Below are positions 29,771-45,751 of a DNA stretch of 64,000 nt, one piece after another. The DNA comes from Eledone cirrhosa (Eukaryota). Position 1 is the first letter of the stretch, and every line of letters starts with the position of its first letter. Location of the stretch: contig OZ024742.1 in assembly GCA_964016885.1 (NCBI GenBank), positions 3,348,001 to 3,412,000 on the forward strand. The letters are read 5' to 3'. Under the pieces are notes generated by a model that made no database searches, was not told the origin of the DNA, and was given only the letters and a program-made list of their open reading frames with translations. The position numbers were made by a program, and so were the translations under genes.

Positions 29771-31789
29771 ACGTAACATATATCACGCAACCCCCACCTA
29801 GACTATAGCTTCCCCCGTTCCCCCCCAACCCGTAACCCAGATAGATAGGTACACTAAGAGTGGTACAGTCCCCTACAAGGTTGGTGTTTTTGCGTGTGTG
29901 TGTGTGTGTGTGTATTCTCCTTTTCTCTCTCACACGCACACACACGCAGACATATGTGTGGGTGTGCGTGCGTGTGTGCATGCATGCACGCATGTGTGCG
30001 TGCATTGTATGCATGTATATTGTATGTATATATATATATGTATATTGTATGCATGCGTATTATATTGTGTGTATGTGTGTATATGTGACATGTATGTGAA
30101 TATATGTATGTATGCGTATGAGTGTGTATGTGTAAGTGTATGAGGTGTGTATGTATGTGTATATGCATGTATACTTTTCTGTAGAAATTCTCTCTATATG
30201 TGGTGTGTGGCACGAATTCCTCCTATAATACTCTTCTCTGAGAGGAGCACGATATGCAGAGTAACACATATGTATTGTCGAAGTTGAAACTGAGAACTAC
30301 CACCCCTCCTGCTGACCTAAATGTTTACTGAGGACCAGAACACCATTCTCCGCAATATAAGAGCGAAATACGCTTTCCGGACTATTGATGACCATAACAT
30401 CACATTCCAAGGTAATGGCAAAACACAGTGAATGCTATGCACGACCAGAACACCACAGCATGCACATCCGAGCAACACAGATATAATATCAATAGGGGAA
30501 TCAACTGCATTTTTTTAGTTGAAATACATATAAATATGTGTCTGTGTGTGTCGGATACACGTACACATAAAGAAGCTGCCGACCTAAATGTGCCTGTCAT
30601 GCCTGTCTGAATTTTCGGTCAGTTGCTGACTTGACCGATTAACCCCACAATTAGTACGTAGAATTTCCTTGCGTACCGTTTTGTACCACAGATGCGATCT
30701 CACCCTGTCTCGTTAATGTCCTATCGACACCAAAGTTCAACGTTCGGGCGAATAGAATTGAATCCAACCACCAACAACATACCTGGATGACCGATAATCA
30801 CACCAAACCGGAGTACTGTGATCCTTGTGATCTCCAGATATACAACCACTGACACTGTTACGAAGACCAGAAAACCATACTCCATAATATTGAACCAAGT
30901 GATTGATTTGTGCGACCAAAATAACACCACACACATATTGAACTAGGAATATTGGATCCTCCGTCAATGTCCGGGTGAGCAAAAATAGATTTCTATCTGC
31001 ATTGGAATTTACGAACTTGTGCATCTGCTGTGGTGTCAAAAACAAACGCGCATGACCGCACAGATAAACAATGGACCATGCCACGTGGCTTGAACCCGTA
31101 AGTGAATTGAAGGTTCTGCAACTCTGATACACAGATTATTTATTATTAAGATGTATAAACTTGACATAACTATTATCATCTTATATTCTCTCAACTAATC
31201 ACACTTGATCATATTTCTCTATCCCGTTTTCTCCCCCCATAATTATTATATTTTTATTATTATTTGAAAAAATCGGGGTTTTTTTACATTGTGTTTTCCC
31301 CTCCAAATATTCGCTTATATTTCTTTATATATTCTCTATATATATTTTTTTATCTTTATTATTTCCACTTCTATCCTCCTTTATAGTTCACATTATTCTT
31401 ACTTTTATACCTTATTATAGTGTAATCTTCCCCATGCCTTATTATACACTATTAATTATAGGTTATTATTATTACTCTTTTTCCATTTCTAATTACCTCA
31501 TGTACTTTCTCCTCCGCTATATATATATATATATTGTATGCCCTTTGTGTTTGTGTCGCCTCTGCGCACCCTCTGCACCATACTATCGACGCCACCCCAT
31601 CTATGGTTCAGCTAACCACCCGACTCCCGGGAATGAATATGACCGCAGCTAGTAGAAAAGGACCCACACGCCACCCTCCCGCACCAAAATTAGACTTATC
31701 GTCCCCTACTTTTGCTCTTTACTCTCTTTACTCTTTGTTCTTGAATGTTTGGTTGGTAGAGTCCATAACACCATCAAACCCCTTTTATA

Positions 31790-31834
31790 GCTCTGACGAA
31801 TCCTACGGTTACGTAAGGAAGAAACATTGTAAGC
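31790..31834 (+). ncRNA. Hammerhead ribozyme
   Basis: GCT CTGACGA A TCC TACG GTTA CGTA A GGA A GAAA C ATT G TA AGC. Confidence 0.8.
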
Positions 31835-31901
31835 CAATAAAAATCTGTTGATGTTGTAGACGCTCTTGTGTTCTTTTTCATATATATATATATATATATA
31901 T

Positions 31902-33339
31902 ATAGGAACTAGTAAGACCCCGACAGCTGAGCTCAAGCCGTTTCGACGGCTAATTCTGGACTAAATGAAAATTTATCCTGGTATTTAAATAGCCGATCTT
32001 CTCAAGGGGTAATTCCATATATGGTCAAAGTGATTGTCAAAAATCAGTAGTAATTCTGTGGTTGCAAATTAGTAGGGGAGATGGTGGCTAAACCTGCCAG
32101 TAGGAGAAAGAGGGGAGGGGGTGGAGTAGACCCAATCAAGCGTTGGTAGTGCCAGCTACAGCTGGGCATGAGGTCAAAGAAGATACAGGGGAGGGGGAGG
32201 GGGAGGAAGTCGGAACGGCAGGTAGAACAATGGGGTGTAGAAATAGGAAAGAAAAAATACTGAGAGTGAAGAAAAGCAAATAAGTGTAAAGAAAAAAGTA
32301 AAGTAAATTAAATTCTACGACCTAGGTGTCAGGTTATTGTTAGGCGAGAATAAAATAAATAAAGAAAGAAAGAAGTAAATAAATAAATAAATAAATAAAT
32401 AAGGAAATAAGTAAAAGAACTAGGTGGGACGAAATAGGCAAGGACCCTTTTAAGAGGTATAAGTACGTAAATGATACGGTGACGGGTCAACAAAAGGGGC
32501 CAAAATACTAAAGAGACTACCACGAAATAAACAATAAAGGTTTCCATCCCGGGCCAGCAACGACCCAGTGCAGCAAAGTGAACTTGTACGAGATAATAAT
32601 TCTGAGTCCCGAGAAAAAAATTCTTTTCTCGGGACTCAGAATTATTATCTCGTACAAGTTCACTTTGCTGCACTGGGTCGTTGCTGGCCCGGGATGGAAA
32701 CCTTTATTGTTTATTTCGTGGTAGTCTCTTTAGTATTTTGGCCCCTTTTGTTGACCCGTCACCGTATCATTTACGTACTTATACCTCTTAAAAGGGTCCT
32801 TGCCTATTTCGTCCCACCTAGTTCTTTTACTTATTTCCTTATTTATTTATTTATTTATTTATTTACTTCTTTCTTTCTTTATTTATTTTATTCTCGCCTA
32901 ACAATAACCTGACACCTAGGTCGTAGAATTTAATTTACTTTACTTTTTTCTTTACACTTATTTGCTTTTCTTCACTCTCAGTATTTTTTCTTTCCTATTT
33001 CTACACCCCATTGTTCTACCTACCGTTCCGACTTCCTCCCCCTCCCCCTCCCCTGTATCTTCTTTGACCTCATGCCCAGCTGTAGCTGGCACTACCAACG
33101 CTTGATTGGGTCTACTCCACCCCCTCCCCTCTTTCTCCTACTGGCAGGTTTAGCCACCATCTCCCCTACTAATTTGCAACCACAGAATTACTACTGATTT
33201 TTGACAATCACTTTGACCATATATGGAATTACCCCTTGAGAAGATCGGCTATTTAAATACCAGGATAAATTTTCATTTAGTCCAGAATTAGCCGTCGAAA
33301 CGGCTTGAGCTCAGCTGTCGGGGTCTTACTAGTTCCTAT
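31902..33339. repeat. 1438-bp spacerless near-perfect palindrome of a PLE 3' tail (tail continues to ~33417)
   Basis: Symmetry axis at 32620/32621; mirrored ORFs 32329-32673 (-) and 32568-32912 (+). Confidence 0.95.
33231..33324 (+). ncRNA. Hammerhead ribozyme, U3:A8 core, long stem II (mirror 31917-32010 on minus)
   Basis: ACCCC TTGAGAA GATCGGCT...AGCCG TC GAAA CGGC TTGAGCTCA GCTG TC GGGGT. Confidence 0.8.
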
Positions 33340-33416
33340 TACCCACTCTACTACCTCAAGTATTGAGTACTTTGGTGCGTTATGGTCCACCTGGTTCCTT
33401 ACCACATTTCCTTCGT

Positions 33417-33448
<32 letters not shown>

Positions 33449-33468
33449 ATATTATATATATATATAAT

Positions 33469-33499
<31 letters not shown>

Positions 33500-34252
33500 G
33501 TTTATACATATCTCTATATATGTTACAGGTACCTACATGGAATGAAATGTCTTGCTCAAGATTCGTTTCAGTAACCGGACCCGCTTTTGAATCCACGGCG
33601 ATCGAGAGTCAAATATTCTAAAATCAGGCCCTGGGCCTTCATTGTATATATACTCTTATTGGAGGGTAGACGTAAACTATTCTCCGGTTTAAAACCAACA
33701 ACTGTTTCTTGTTTGACATTTGTGCTCTCTAGTTTGTTCTACACAATCATGATTAACGTTTCACTGTCAGGGACCAGGGTCCCTCATGATATATAAACTA
33801 ATGAAACCTGTCTGTAGTCTTACATCATTTTATGTTACTGGAGGGTGGAATTACTCCTTCGGCCGGATAAAAGCCAAAAACTGGTACTTGGTTGAAATCT
33901 AGCTGTCCATTTGTTGAAACACCTTGTGGCTCAACAAATCACCCCACTTCAGTTTTACAATTCACATACACAAAGGCATACATGTACTCACACACATACG
34001 CACACTCACACATCCACAGACACATATATGCACACACATACATACGCACTGGTCTTAGATTCTACTTCCAATGATTAGGTTATAGATATCACTTAATCCC
34101 TCTCAGAAAATCAATATTGTTTTGTTCTTACAGTTGTAACTGTATCACTTCCATTAAATTACATGTAAACTATACTGTATCTCTAGTTTACAATTGATTT
34201 ACATCAGAGGTGATAAGCCATGCATTCCTATTGTCTGTCATACAGTGTGTGT

Positions 34253-34363
<111 letters not shown>

Positions 34364-34700
34364 GAGAGAGGGAGAGAGGGAGAGAGAGACAGTGTGTGTA
34401 TTATTTTATGTGTCTCTATGCTGGTTTACATGTGTGTATATGTGAATGATTAAATCCATTCATGCTATTCATATATATTTCATAATCACAGGCAACGAAT
34501 TCTTTTACATATCAAGTTGAAAATCACGAATTTTCTCTCAAAGCCATTCTCTCAATTCTATCAGTTGGATTCTACGTCATTTCTAATATTACCTCTATTG
34601 AAGGTTATTGCAATTGTAACATCCAATATAGAGAGAAACGCTGCAAAAACAAACTAGTTTTTACTAATAAAATATACTTATATATATATATATATATATA

Positions 34701-34896
34701 TAGTTTTAATATAGATGAGATTCTACAGGACTAGAACTGTTTCATTCATTAGAAATCATCAGGAATCTCTAATGAATTTCTAATGAATGAAACAGTTCTA
34801 GTCCTGTAGAATCTCATCTATATTAAAACTGTTATACTCTGCTATGTATTGAGTACCTTACTTACTGTGGTTACCTCCGATTCAACCCGGAATAAC

Positions 34897-34897
<1 letters not shown>
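34701..34897 (+). mobile_element. Mini fold-back hammerhead element (second copy 48712-48906)
   Basis: Inverted arms; complete hammerhead 34719-34767 (-); tail TATTGAGTACC. Confidence 0.8.
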
Positions 34898-34941
<44 letters not shown>

Positions 34942-34945
<4 letters not shown>

Positions 34946-35139
34946 AACACGTAGGACCCCGACGGCTGAGCTCAAGCCGTTTCGACGGCTAATTCTGGAC
35001 TCAGTCCAGAATTAGCCGTCGAAACGGCCTGAGCTCAGCCTTCGGGGTCTTTCTTGTTCCTATTACCCACTCTACTACCCTAAGTATTGAGTACTTTGGT
35101 GCGTTATGGTCCACCTGGTTCCTTACCACATTTCCTTCG

Positions 35140-35141
<2 letters not shown>
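34942..35141 (+). mobile_element. Mini fold-back of PLE 3' end
   Basis: Palindrome centred on TCTGGACTCAGTCCAGA plus tail. Confidence 0.85.
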
Positions 35142-35192
<51 letters not shown>

Positions 35193-35220
35193 TATATATA
35201 GATAGATAGATAGATAGATA

Positions 35221-37990
35221 GATTTCTTTATTTACCATAAAGGCATAAAAAGAAGGGACAAATACAAAGGGGGAGTTTACATATAATCGAGTAAAAAGGG
35301 TGTAACATGAAAATAATCGAAAATAACCTCAAAAGGGAGGGGACGTGATGGTGGTTGCACACACCCCCGAAAAAGTGTGCAATCCTTTGCCCGGGGAGCA
35401 CATGGAGAAGGTGCTCCCCTCTCCTTTACTTCTTTACCTACAGGATGGTATACAGAGAAGGCCCATTTACACGAGCCATTCTCGCCACTATCACCCACCT
35501 TTCATAAAACTGCCTGTGGCCAAGCACCTCTCTCTCCATTCTTATCCTTCTTCCGAAGTGATATCGGAAGAAGTAGACCAGACTATGACCAGAGAGGAAG
35601 TTGCCTGACCTCAGACCTTTCAATCGTGTCCACCAAACAACCTCTTTCAACATGGCTATTACGCACAGAAAAACCGCCTTTGCTTCCTTTGTGAAGAGGG
35701 GAGGCGGTTTGATTGTCATCACGGACTCGGCGGTCAATTTAATCGGCGCCACCCGCGACAGCAGTTGTTCGGCGTAGCCCCACAGATCAGCCACGCCCGG
35801 ACATTGCACCAATGCGTGCACAACGGTTTCTTCGTGACGCACGCATCTAGGGCAAATCTTTTTTGAGGGATCCCTGCCCCGGCGCCCGTGTCTGTAGAGC
35901 CTCTCTCGAACGGGTAGAGCCCCCCGGTAGCACTGCCAGGCCAGTGACTTCTGGAAGTTGTCCATTGGTCCTGGGCCGAAAGTCCTACCGAACAGGCTGG
36001 CCAGTTCGTCTTCTTCCATGTCCAGCGACTCTCCAAGGGTGTCATCGCCCCTGCTAGCCACCAGCCCTCTATAGAATGCTGAGGTGGATTCTCCACCGAT
36101 GGCCTGGCCCGCTTGCCAGAGAGCCCTGAGCGCCTGAGCACACTCAGTGTGCCAGTCTCCCAGTTTTCCGGATCTTTGCTTGACCCATGACTGTAGCTCG
36201 GTGAGCGAGACGAGTCTCGGAAAGGCTCGTTTCACGAACGGAGCCCACACCGGTTGACCAGTGAGGAATACCTGTAGGTGCCGTAGCCTTAATGCGTGCC
36301 TACGCATCATCAACCACGGCATCCCCAGCCCTCCTTTCGAAGGTTGTTGGCAGCAGATGGATCTTCTCACCATAGGAGGACGCTTCTTCCAAAGAAATTG
36401 GAAGAGCATGCGTTCCATGGTGGTGAGTGTTTCCTTAGGGCAAGGCACGACAGTCAGGCGGTAGTAAGTGACGGACGCTATGTAAATGTTCGCCACCTCC
36501 GCCCGCCCTTTTAGGAACAGCTTACACTTGGCCCACTTCTGGGTTAGTGCAAACACCTTGTTCGTAACCTCGTTCCAGTTCTTTTCCACCTGGAGGTCCG
36601 GTCCAAACCAGACCCCAAGCAACTTTACCGGGCCCTCCGTCCAGTGTCCGACGACACCGTCAGGAGGCATCGGTCTGCCTCTCCACGTTCCGAGTTGCAG
36701 CCCGATGGATTTTTCCCGGTTCAGTTTCGCTCCTGACAACCTTTCGTACTCCTCCAGTAAGGTACCGATCGCCTCGATCTCCGAGTCGGTCGATACCATT
36801 ACTGTTACGTCATCGGCGTAGGCCGACACCGCTTTGCTCAATCCTGGTTCCAGGGGGATACCCTGCAACAACTCCAACTTCCTCAGTAAAGGCTCGAGAG
36901 TCAATACGTACAGAAGGGAGGAGAGAGGGCACCCCTGTCGAATGGATCGTGTGATTTCGAACGGCTTCGAAAGGTAGCCGTTCACCTTGATCCTAGAACA
37001 GATGTGGTTGCTATGTAGGGCAGTGATCCAGCCTCTGAAAACAGGACCGAACCCAGCCGCCGCTAGCACCGCATCCAGGTAACCATGGTCGACCCTATCG
37101 AAGGTCTTAGACTGATCTAAGTTGATCAGGGCCCCACCGAAGCCGGGTTTGTTGCCAACCCTCTCTATGATGTATCACATGAGGTGGAGGTTATCGTGAA
37201 TGGACCTGGATGGGATAGCACATGTCTGCGCATCTCCCACCAGGCCTCCCACGACAAGCGTCAACCTCTTTGCTAACACCTTGGCCAAAATCTTTAACTC
37301 TGTGTTTAGCAGGGTTATGGGCCGAAAATTATTTATATTATCCCCCTTGTTCTCGTCCTTCCTCACCAGCGTGACTACGCCCTTGGCTACAGAACAAGGA
37401 ATTCTCCCGTTCTGCTGCCAATTGCAGTAGACCGCTTCGAGGAGTTCGGAGAAGAAGACCGGCATTGCTAAATAAAGTTCGTAAGGTATACCATCGAGAC
37501 CTGGAGATTTGCGTCTGCTGCATTGGCTCAGCGCATCTCCGATCTCATCAGCCGAGATTGGTCCCTCGCAGGACTCTGCCTCTTCGTTCGAGAGACGCGG
37601 CAGGCCGTCGAGGTATGGACCGAAATCCACGCCCCCGTCTGGACCCTCGCCTCCCCCGAACAATCGGGCAAAGTGCCTTTGAAAGGCCTCGCACATCTGC
37701 TTAGGCTCCCGGATCACCCGTCCATCTTCGTCTTGCAACGACCGGATGGTGGATCGATTTCCACTCTTAGCTTCTGTCACGCGGGCCCATCCAACGGCTT
37801 TGGCCCCCTCATTACCTAGAGCACGTATTTTACTTCGAATGACGCAGCCTTCGTGCTTTGCATCGAAAAACTGGTTCAAGGCCGTCCTCGATGCCAGCAC
37901 TCTGGCCACATCTTCGCTCTTGATTGCCTCTTCTAATTTACCTGTTAATTCTTTCTCGTTTCTATTCCTATCGGCAGCTAACATCTTGCT
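35221..37990 (-). mobile_element. 5'-truncated Tx1/L1-clade non-LTR retrotransposon (ORF2 RT and C-terminal zinc finger)
   Basis: ORF 37175-37984: KSPGLDG..NFRPITLLN..KILAK. ORF 35438-37069: RQGCPLS..YADD..CPRC..ETVVHALVQC. Flanked by (GATA)n on both sides. Confidence 0.93.
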
Positions 37991-37999
37991 ATAACTTAT

Positions 38000-38062
<63 letters not shown>

Positions 38063-38101
38063 TATGCATATATGATAATACTACATATATATATATATGT
38101 G

Positions 38102-38147
<46 letters not shown>

Positions 38148-38160
38148 TAGATAGATAGAT

Positions 38161-38194
<34 letters not shown>

Positions 38195-38932
38195 ACGTTT
38201 AACGTCCGTGTTCCACGCTTGCATGGGTTTGGACGGGGGTTTTCCCACTTCAGGCAAGAGTGATTGTCTTGCTCGCATAGGACTGTCTGGCAGGTTTTCT
38301 ACAGTTGGATGCCCTTCCTAACACCAACCACATTTACAGTGTGGGTCTGGGAGGTTTTTACCGTGTTGCCTACACGGCCACATTACAGCGTGGACTGTGT
38401 GTTTTTTTGTCGTGACACCTACACGATCTCATTTGTTTCGGCCTGGATGGTGTGGCACCAACATAACTTTACATAGAAGGGGGCGGTGTGGATGGGGTGT
38501 GGGTGTGTGTGTGTGTGGGGGGGGGTATTTTGTTAGAGATGCCTACTGACTGTAGCAGGTTTTACTATGTATTTAGGTAATGCGGGTCTTCTCTATTACT
38601 GAGTACCGCCAAAGGTCTCTGTCCAGTGACATTGTCTTGGAGAGGTGTAAGTGTGTGAGGTCGGAGTTTATCAGCTCGTCCCAGGTTTTTCTAGGTCTGC
38701 CTATTCCGTGGCTACCGTCTATCTTTATTGCCCTGCACTTTGTTATACAGCTATCGACTTTCATGCGCATCACGTGTCCATACCAACGTAGCCTTCTCTC
38801 GAGTAAACAACATCTGATCCCTCTTATTTCTAATTTTTTCTTTAGTTCGTTTATGCTTTGCCGTTCACGTATATTACTATTACACATCCAGCGGAGCATG
38901 CAAGCTTCGTTCCTCTCTAGTCTGCGTATATC

Positions 38933-38935
<3 letters not shown>
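38161..38935 (-). mobile_element. 3' fragment of RTE-clade LINE with (GAT)n tail
   Basis: RRLRWYGHVMRM..GRPRKTW; near-identical to ~44325-44950. Confidence 0.9.
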
Positions 38936-38997
<62 letters not shown>

Positions 38998-39013
38998 TAT
39001 ATGATAATACTAC

Positions 39014-39058
<45 letters not shown>

Positions 39059-39392
39059 CGGAATTCAGGGACTAGACTCCTTCTTCCTCCCGTTTGACCT
39101 GTGCGGAATTCCTTCCTTGCTCACATTTCAACTAGATTTGATGGTCTTTATTCTCTCTCGTTCACGATTTCACCGAACTTATATTCACAGAAATCTGGGA
39201 CTTGGCTCTTTCTTCCTCACTTTTCGTTGCATTACCATCTTTGATTGTTTACGGTCTCGCTCGTTTCCCTTATTTACGTGTCCCAGCGACTTTCTTTAGC
39301 CGTTGCTCGCACCAACAGGAGGTATATGGTCTTTAAAGCGATGAAATACCAATGAAGGCTGGAAGATCATTGATGAAGGACTAACTTTATTC

Positions 39393-39471
<79 letters not shown>

Positions 39472-39628
39472 AATGTATATATACTCATATTTTATTAAAG
39501 ATACTGACAATGTATCTGCAAATGAAATAATATTATAAAGACACACAAAACAAGACAGAACACATATCCAGTTATGTAAGAAATACTATTGATAATGTAT
39601 CATTCGAACTTATACAAAGGTATTGTTT

Positions 39629-39717
<89 letters not shown>

Positions 39718-40199
39718 ATGTGCGCGCGCGTGTGTGTATTTGAGTGTATATGTATGTTGTATGTATATATGTTTGTATATATACAAATTAATATATACAT
39801 ATAGATATACGACAAGAAAGAGAGAGGAAGGGAGAGAGAAGAAGAAGAAGAAACCTGTGATGCGATATATTTGAAATAAAGTATTTCGTGCAAGCATGTC
39901 TCATATAGGGTTATCTTTCATTGTTTATATCTATAGTAGATGTCGTTTATAAGACGAATTATATATACATCTGTATAAAGTATTGCATTGACGTTGATTG
40001 AATGGACAGGAAATCTAAAACTACAATGAAAGGGATAGAAGATCTTATGTTATCATGTAAGCCATATAATATTCAGCGCCAATTCTTTTATAGTTTCATG
40101 ACATTAGACTTACTAGCTGCACGTACTTGCCACTGAGTTGTTCTTTATTCTCAGACAATCTCTGAACAAGGAAACAGATTTATGATTCAATGCATTCCA

Positions 40200-40690
40200 A
40201 GGGCTGTGGAATGGTTTAAAAGTTAGAGTTCCGGACAAAATACTTTGTGGCATATAGTTACGATCCTTTACGTTCTCAGTTCAAATCCTGCCTCTTACGG
40301 GGTCGATAAATTAAAACGCCTGTGATGCGTTGATTTAAATGACTTTCCTCTGAACCCCACACCCCCCCCAAAATTGTTGTCCTTGTGCTTCAATCAGAAA
40401 CTATTATTAAATGCGTTCTAGTTATGACCACAACACAGAGAACTGTCACAGTTGTTAAAATGTCAATAAGTTCCGTTCCCCTCCATCTGAGTTCCGACAG
40501 TGCTGAAATAAACTTTTGTCATTCGAACTTTCGTTGTCGATAATTAGATAACAGTCGAAGGTGAGAATTGGCGGATGATTAAAGCGTTAGACGGTGGTGT
40601 GTTGGCAGTATAATCAGTAGAGCGTAGGTTGATTTAACCTTCCCTTCAAATTGCTGGCCTTGTGCCACACTTGAAACTATTATTGCACCA
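40200..40690 (+). mobile_element. Cluster of degenerate tRNA-SINE fragments
   Basis: GTTCAAATCC, GGGGTCGATAAA, and CCTTGTGC..GAAACTATTATT tails. Confidence 0.65.
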
Positions 40691-41569
40691 ACGAATCAAA
40701 TCAGTTTTATAACAAAACCTTACTTGGTTACACATCATTTGATTTACACGGATTGACAATAATGTTAGTGTGGAATTTACCCATGTCATTTATATCTTTA
40801 AAATATTGCTTGCACCGATGGTGTAGACGTAAAAATATAATTTGTTCAAAATTGAAACCAGATATTTTCAAACGGCTTACATGTAACAGGTTTGAAATCA
40901 GGACAGGACTTACTGCAGTGTTATTCTTGTTTGGCCTCCTGTATCGACAGATATATGATCAAACATATTCTACCTCTGTAACCAGGCAAACACTTTACAT
41001 TAAATTCTTTAAAATAACAGCATACTTTCACATCATAACAAGGAAGCCGCCAAACTACATAAATAATTCCATTCATTGTATCAAATATACTTTATTAATT
41101 GTCAATTGATAAAACGTATTTAAAACCTATAATCCACGAGTCTTATCCAACCCGATATTGATTGAACATATCTATGTTATGTAAAATATTTCAATATCTT
41201 CAGAACTTTATTGTGAAAACGACAGATGAAAAGCTATTTTGACATATGTGTTATATAGATTTATATAGTTTTGTAATTGTTGTTATTTTATCCATTATAG
41301 GATTGACAAGACTGCGTCTTGTATCGAATGTGAAATATCAGCAATTTCTATTGTTAGAGTTATCGTCTCAATCGTATGGATTTCGTTTTAGAAATTCGGG
41401 TTAATGCAGGCATTCAAGTAGATTAGCTGTCTCTTGATATTAGAAAACAAACAATCTCTATCATTAAAACATGTTACAGGAACATAGTTTTAGACCAAGA
41501 CCGATGAATAAAATACTGCTCTCTCATTCTATCTAGCTCCATATGTGTGTGTGTGTCTCTATCTATCAA

Positions 41570-42460
41570 TCACTCTCACCACACCCTCTCTACTTCCATC
41601 TTCTATAAACCGACTGACTCCCACTTTTACGCCGACTTCACCTCCTCTCATCCAACCCACACCAAACACTCCATACCCTATTCCCAATTCCCCCATCTTC
41701 GTCGGCTCTGTAGCAAGGACCACGATTCGAAACCCATTCCCTTCACATGGATTCCCGCTTCATCCACGTGGATATGCCCCAACCCTGATCCAAGCTGCTC
41801 TCACCTGCGCCCGTGAAACAGACCGTTCCACAGCCCTCTCACCCCACCAGCACCCTCCCAACATCTGCCTTCCTTTCCCTCTCACCTACCACCCCATCAT
41901 CCTACCACTCCGGCGACATACCGTCCATTCCTTCCGCACCCTCTTCTGAGCCCCCACCCCGTCACTTCTTGCATAATATTCACACTCCATTTTTCCCTTC
42001 ACAGCTCTGTATACATACACACACACACCCTTATATTAACATATTTTTGCTCATAGCTTCGTACTTACAAGCACACACACACACATATATCCTCTTAGCT
42101 GCGTACGGACGTATAACACACACACAGACAGACACACAGGCATACGCACGAATATAGCTCTTTATAAAAAACGGATATTTTTCCATTTCGAGTAGACGTG
42201 CTCTTACATTCCCTTTTCTAAAAAAATATATCATACACAAAACGCCAGCATCAAGAGTTTTCCAAGAGATGTCAACATGAATGGACCTGTTACTTTTCTC
42301 TAAAAACATTTTTTCCAATTAAAACCCGCCCGTCCCTTCAATCTATCTTATTTCTCATTCTTTTTTCTGACGAAGGACTAGCGTCCAAAATGTTAAGACC
42401 CTCTTCCTGCTATTTCAAGCGTTAACCTAATATATTCCTTCCATATACTCTACCGATTGT
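41570..42460 (+). mobile_element. Deleted Neptune-like PLE (RT thumb and tail, decayed hammerhead at ~42365-42398)
   Basis: TLSTSIFYKPTDSHFYADFTSSHPTHTKHSIPYSQF..RRLCS..RGY..LTYHP; CTGACGA A GGAC TAGC GTCC aAAA TG TT. Confidence 0.8.
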
Positions 42461-42483
42461 GTTGTTATTTCTGTTTACCTTTT

Positions 42484-42655
<172 letters not shown>

Positions 42656-42737
42656 ATCCATGTATATACATACACATATGTATGAATGTATGTTTGTACA
42701 TATATGTATTTACACACACACGCACACAGATATATCA

Positions 42738-45051
<2,314 letters not shown>

Positions 45052-45174
45052 TGAGAAGTTGGAACTAGCACGGAAAATATATTTTAGGGTCTGTTTTCCT
45101 TTTTTTTCTTTCTTTGATTCTTAAAATGACATTATTGAAAAAATGAGGGGGACAGTTATTTTAAAAAAGAGTTT

Positions 45175-45488
45175 TATAAAGTATATAAAGTATATAAAGT
45201 ATATAATGTATATGAAGTATATAAAGTATATAAAGTATATAATGTGTATAAAGTATATAAAGTATATGAAGTATATAAAGTATATATTGTATATAAAGTA
45301 TATGAAGTATATAAAGTATATAAAGTATATAAAGTATATAATGTGTATAAAGTATATAAAGTTTATAAAGTAAATAATGTATATAAAGTATATAAAGTAT
45401 ATAATGTATATAAAGTATATAAAGTACATAATGTATATAAAGTATATAAAGTATATAAAGTATATAAAGTATATAAAGTATATAATGT
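45175..45488. repeat. 9-bp minisatellite (AAGTATATA with AATGTATAT variants)
   Basis: Directly visible tandem units. Confidence 0.9.
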
Positions 45489-45499
45489 AAAGGGGGGGG

Positions 45500-45678
45500 G
45501 GGTTAAAGTTGGGTAGAGTCGTTGCTGCATAATCTGCAATGTGGCTAATTAAGGGCATTTTCCTTGTGTTTACGTCTCGGATTTGTTGACGATGAATGGT
45601 CATTCTTTTGCGTAATGCCACACCCGTCTGTCCTATATAGTTAGGTCGACAGCCACCGCATATGATTACGTAGATTAT
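45500..45678 (-). pseudogene. PLE GIY-YIG N-terminal fragment
   Basis: IIYVIICGGCRPNYIGQTGVALRKRMTIHRQQIRD. Confidence 0.85.
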
Positions 45679-45682
45679 ATAT

Positions 45683-45738
<56 letters not shown>

Positions 45739-45751
45739 TACAATATATATA

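Larger units (their letters stand above)
26060..31881 (+). mobile_element. Fold-back Naiad-like PLE insertion (~5.8 kb)
   Basis: Arms ~26160-28551 / 29671-31881; inverted thumb/linker piece 28552-28812; ORF 28856-29770; hammerheads 26210-26254 (-) and 31790-31834 (+). Confidence 0.9.

Noticed and set aside
26913-33000. Duplicated ORF pairs (131 aa, 114 aa, 72 aa) as genes
   Set aside because: They are mirror products of inverted repeats with no protein motifs.
40114-40161. Possible 48-nt minus-strand exon (RLSENKEQLSGKYVQL) with AG/GT ends
   Set aside because: No resemblance to the expected upstream mGluR sequence; chance splice-like sites are common.
45121-45621. 166-aa ORF with FIY repeats
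   Set aside because: It is a GIY-YIG remnant running into a 9-bp minisatellite.
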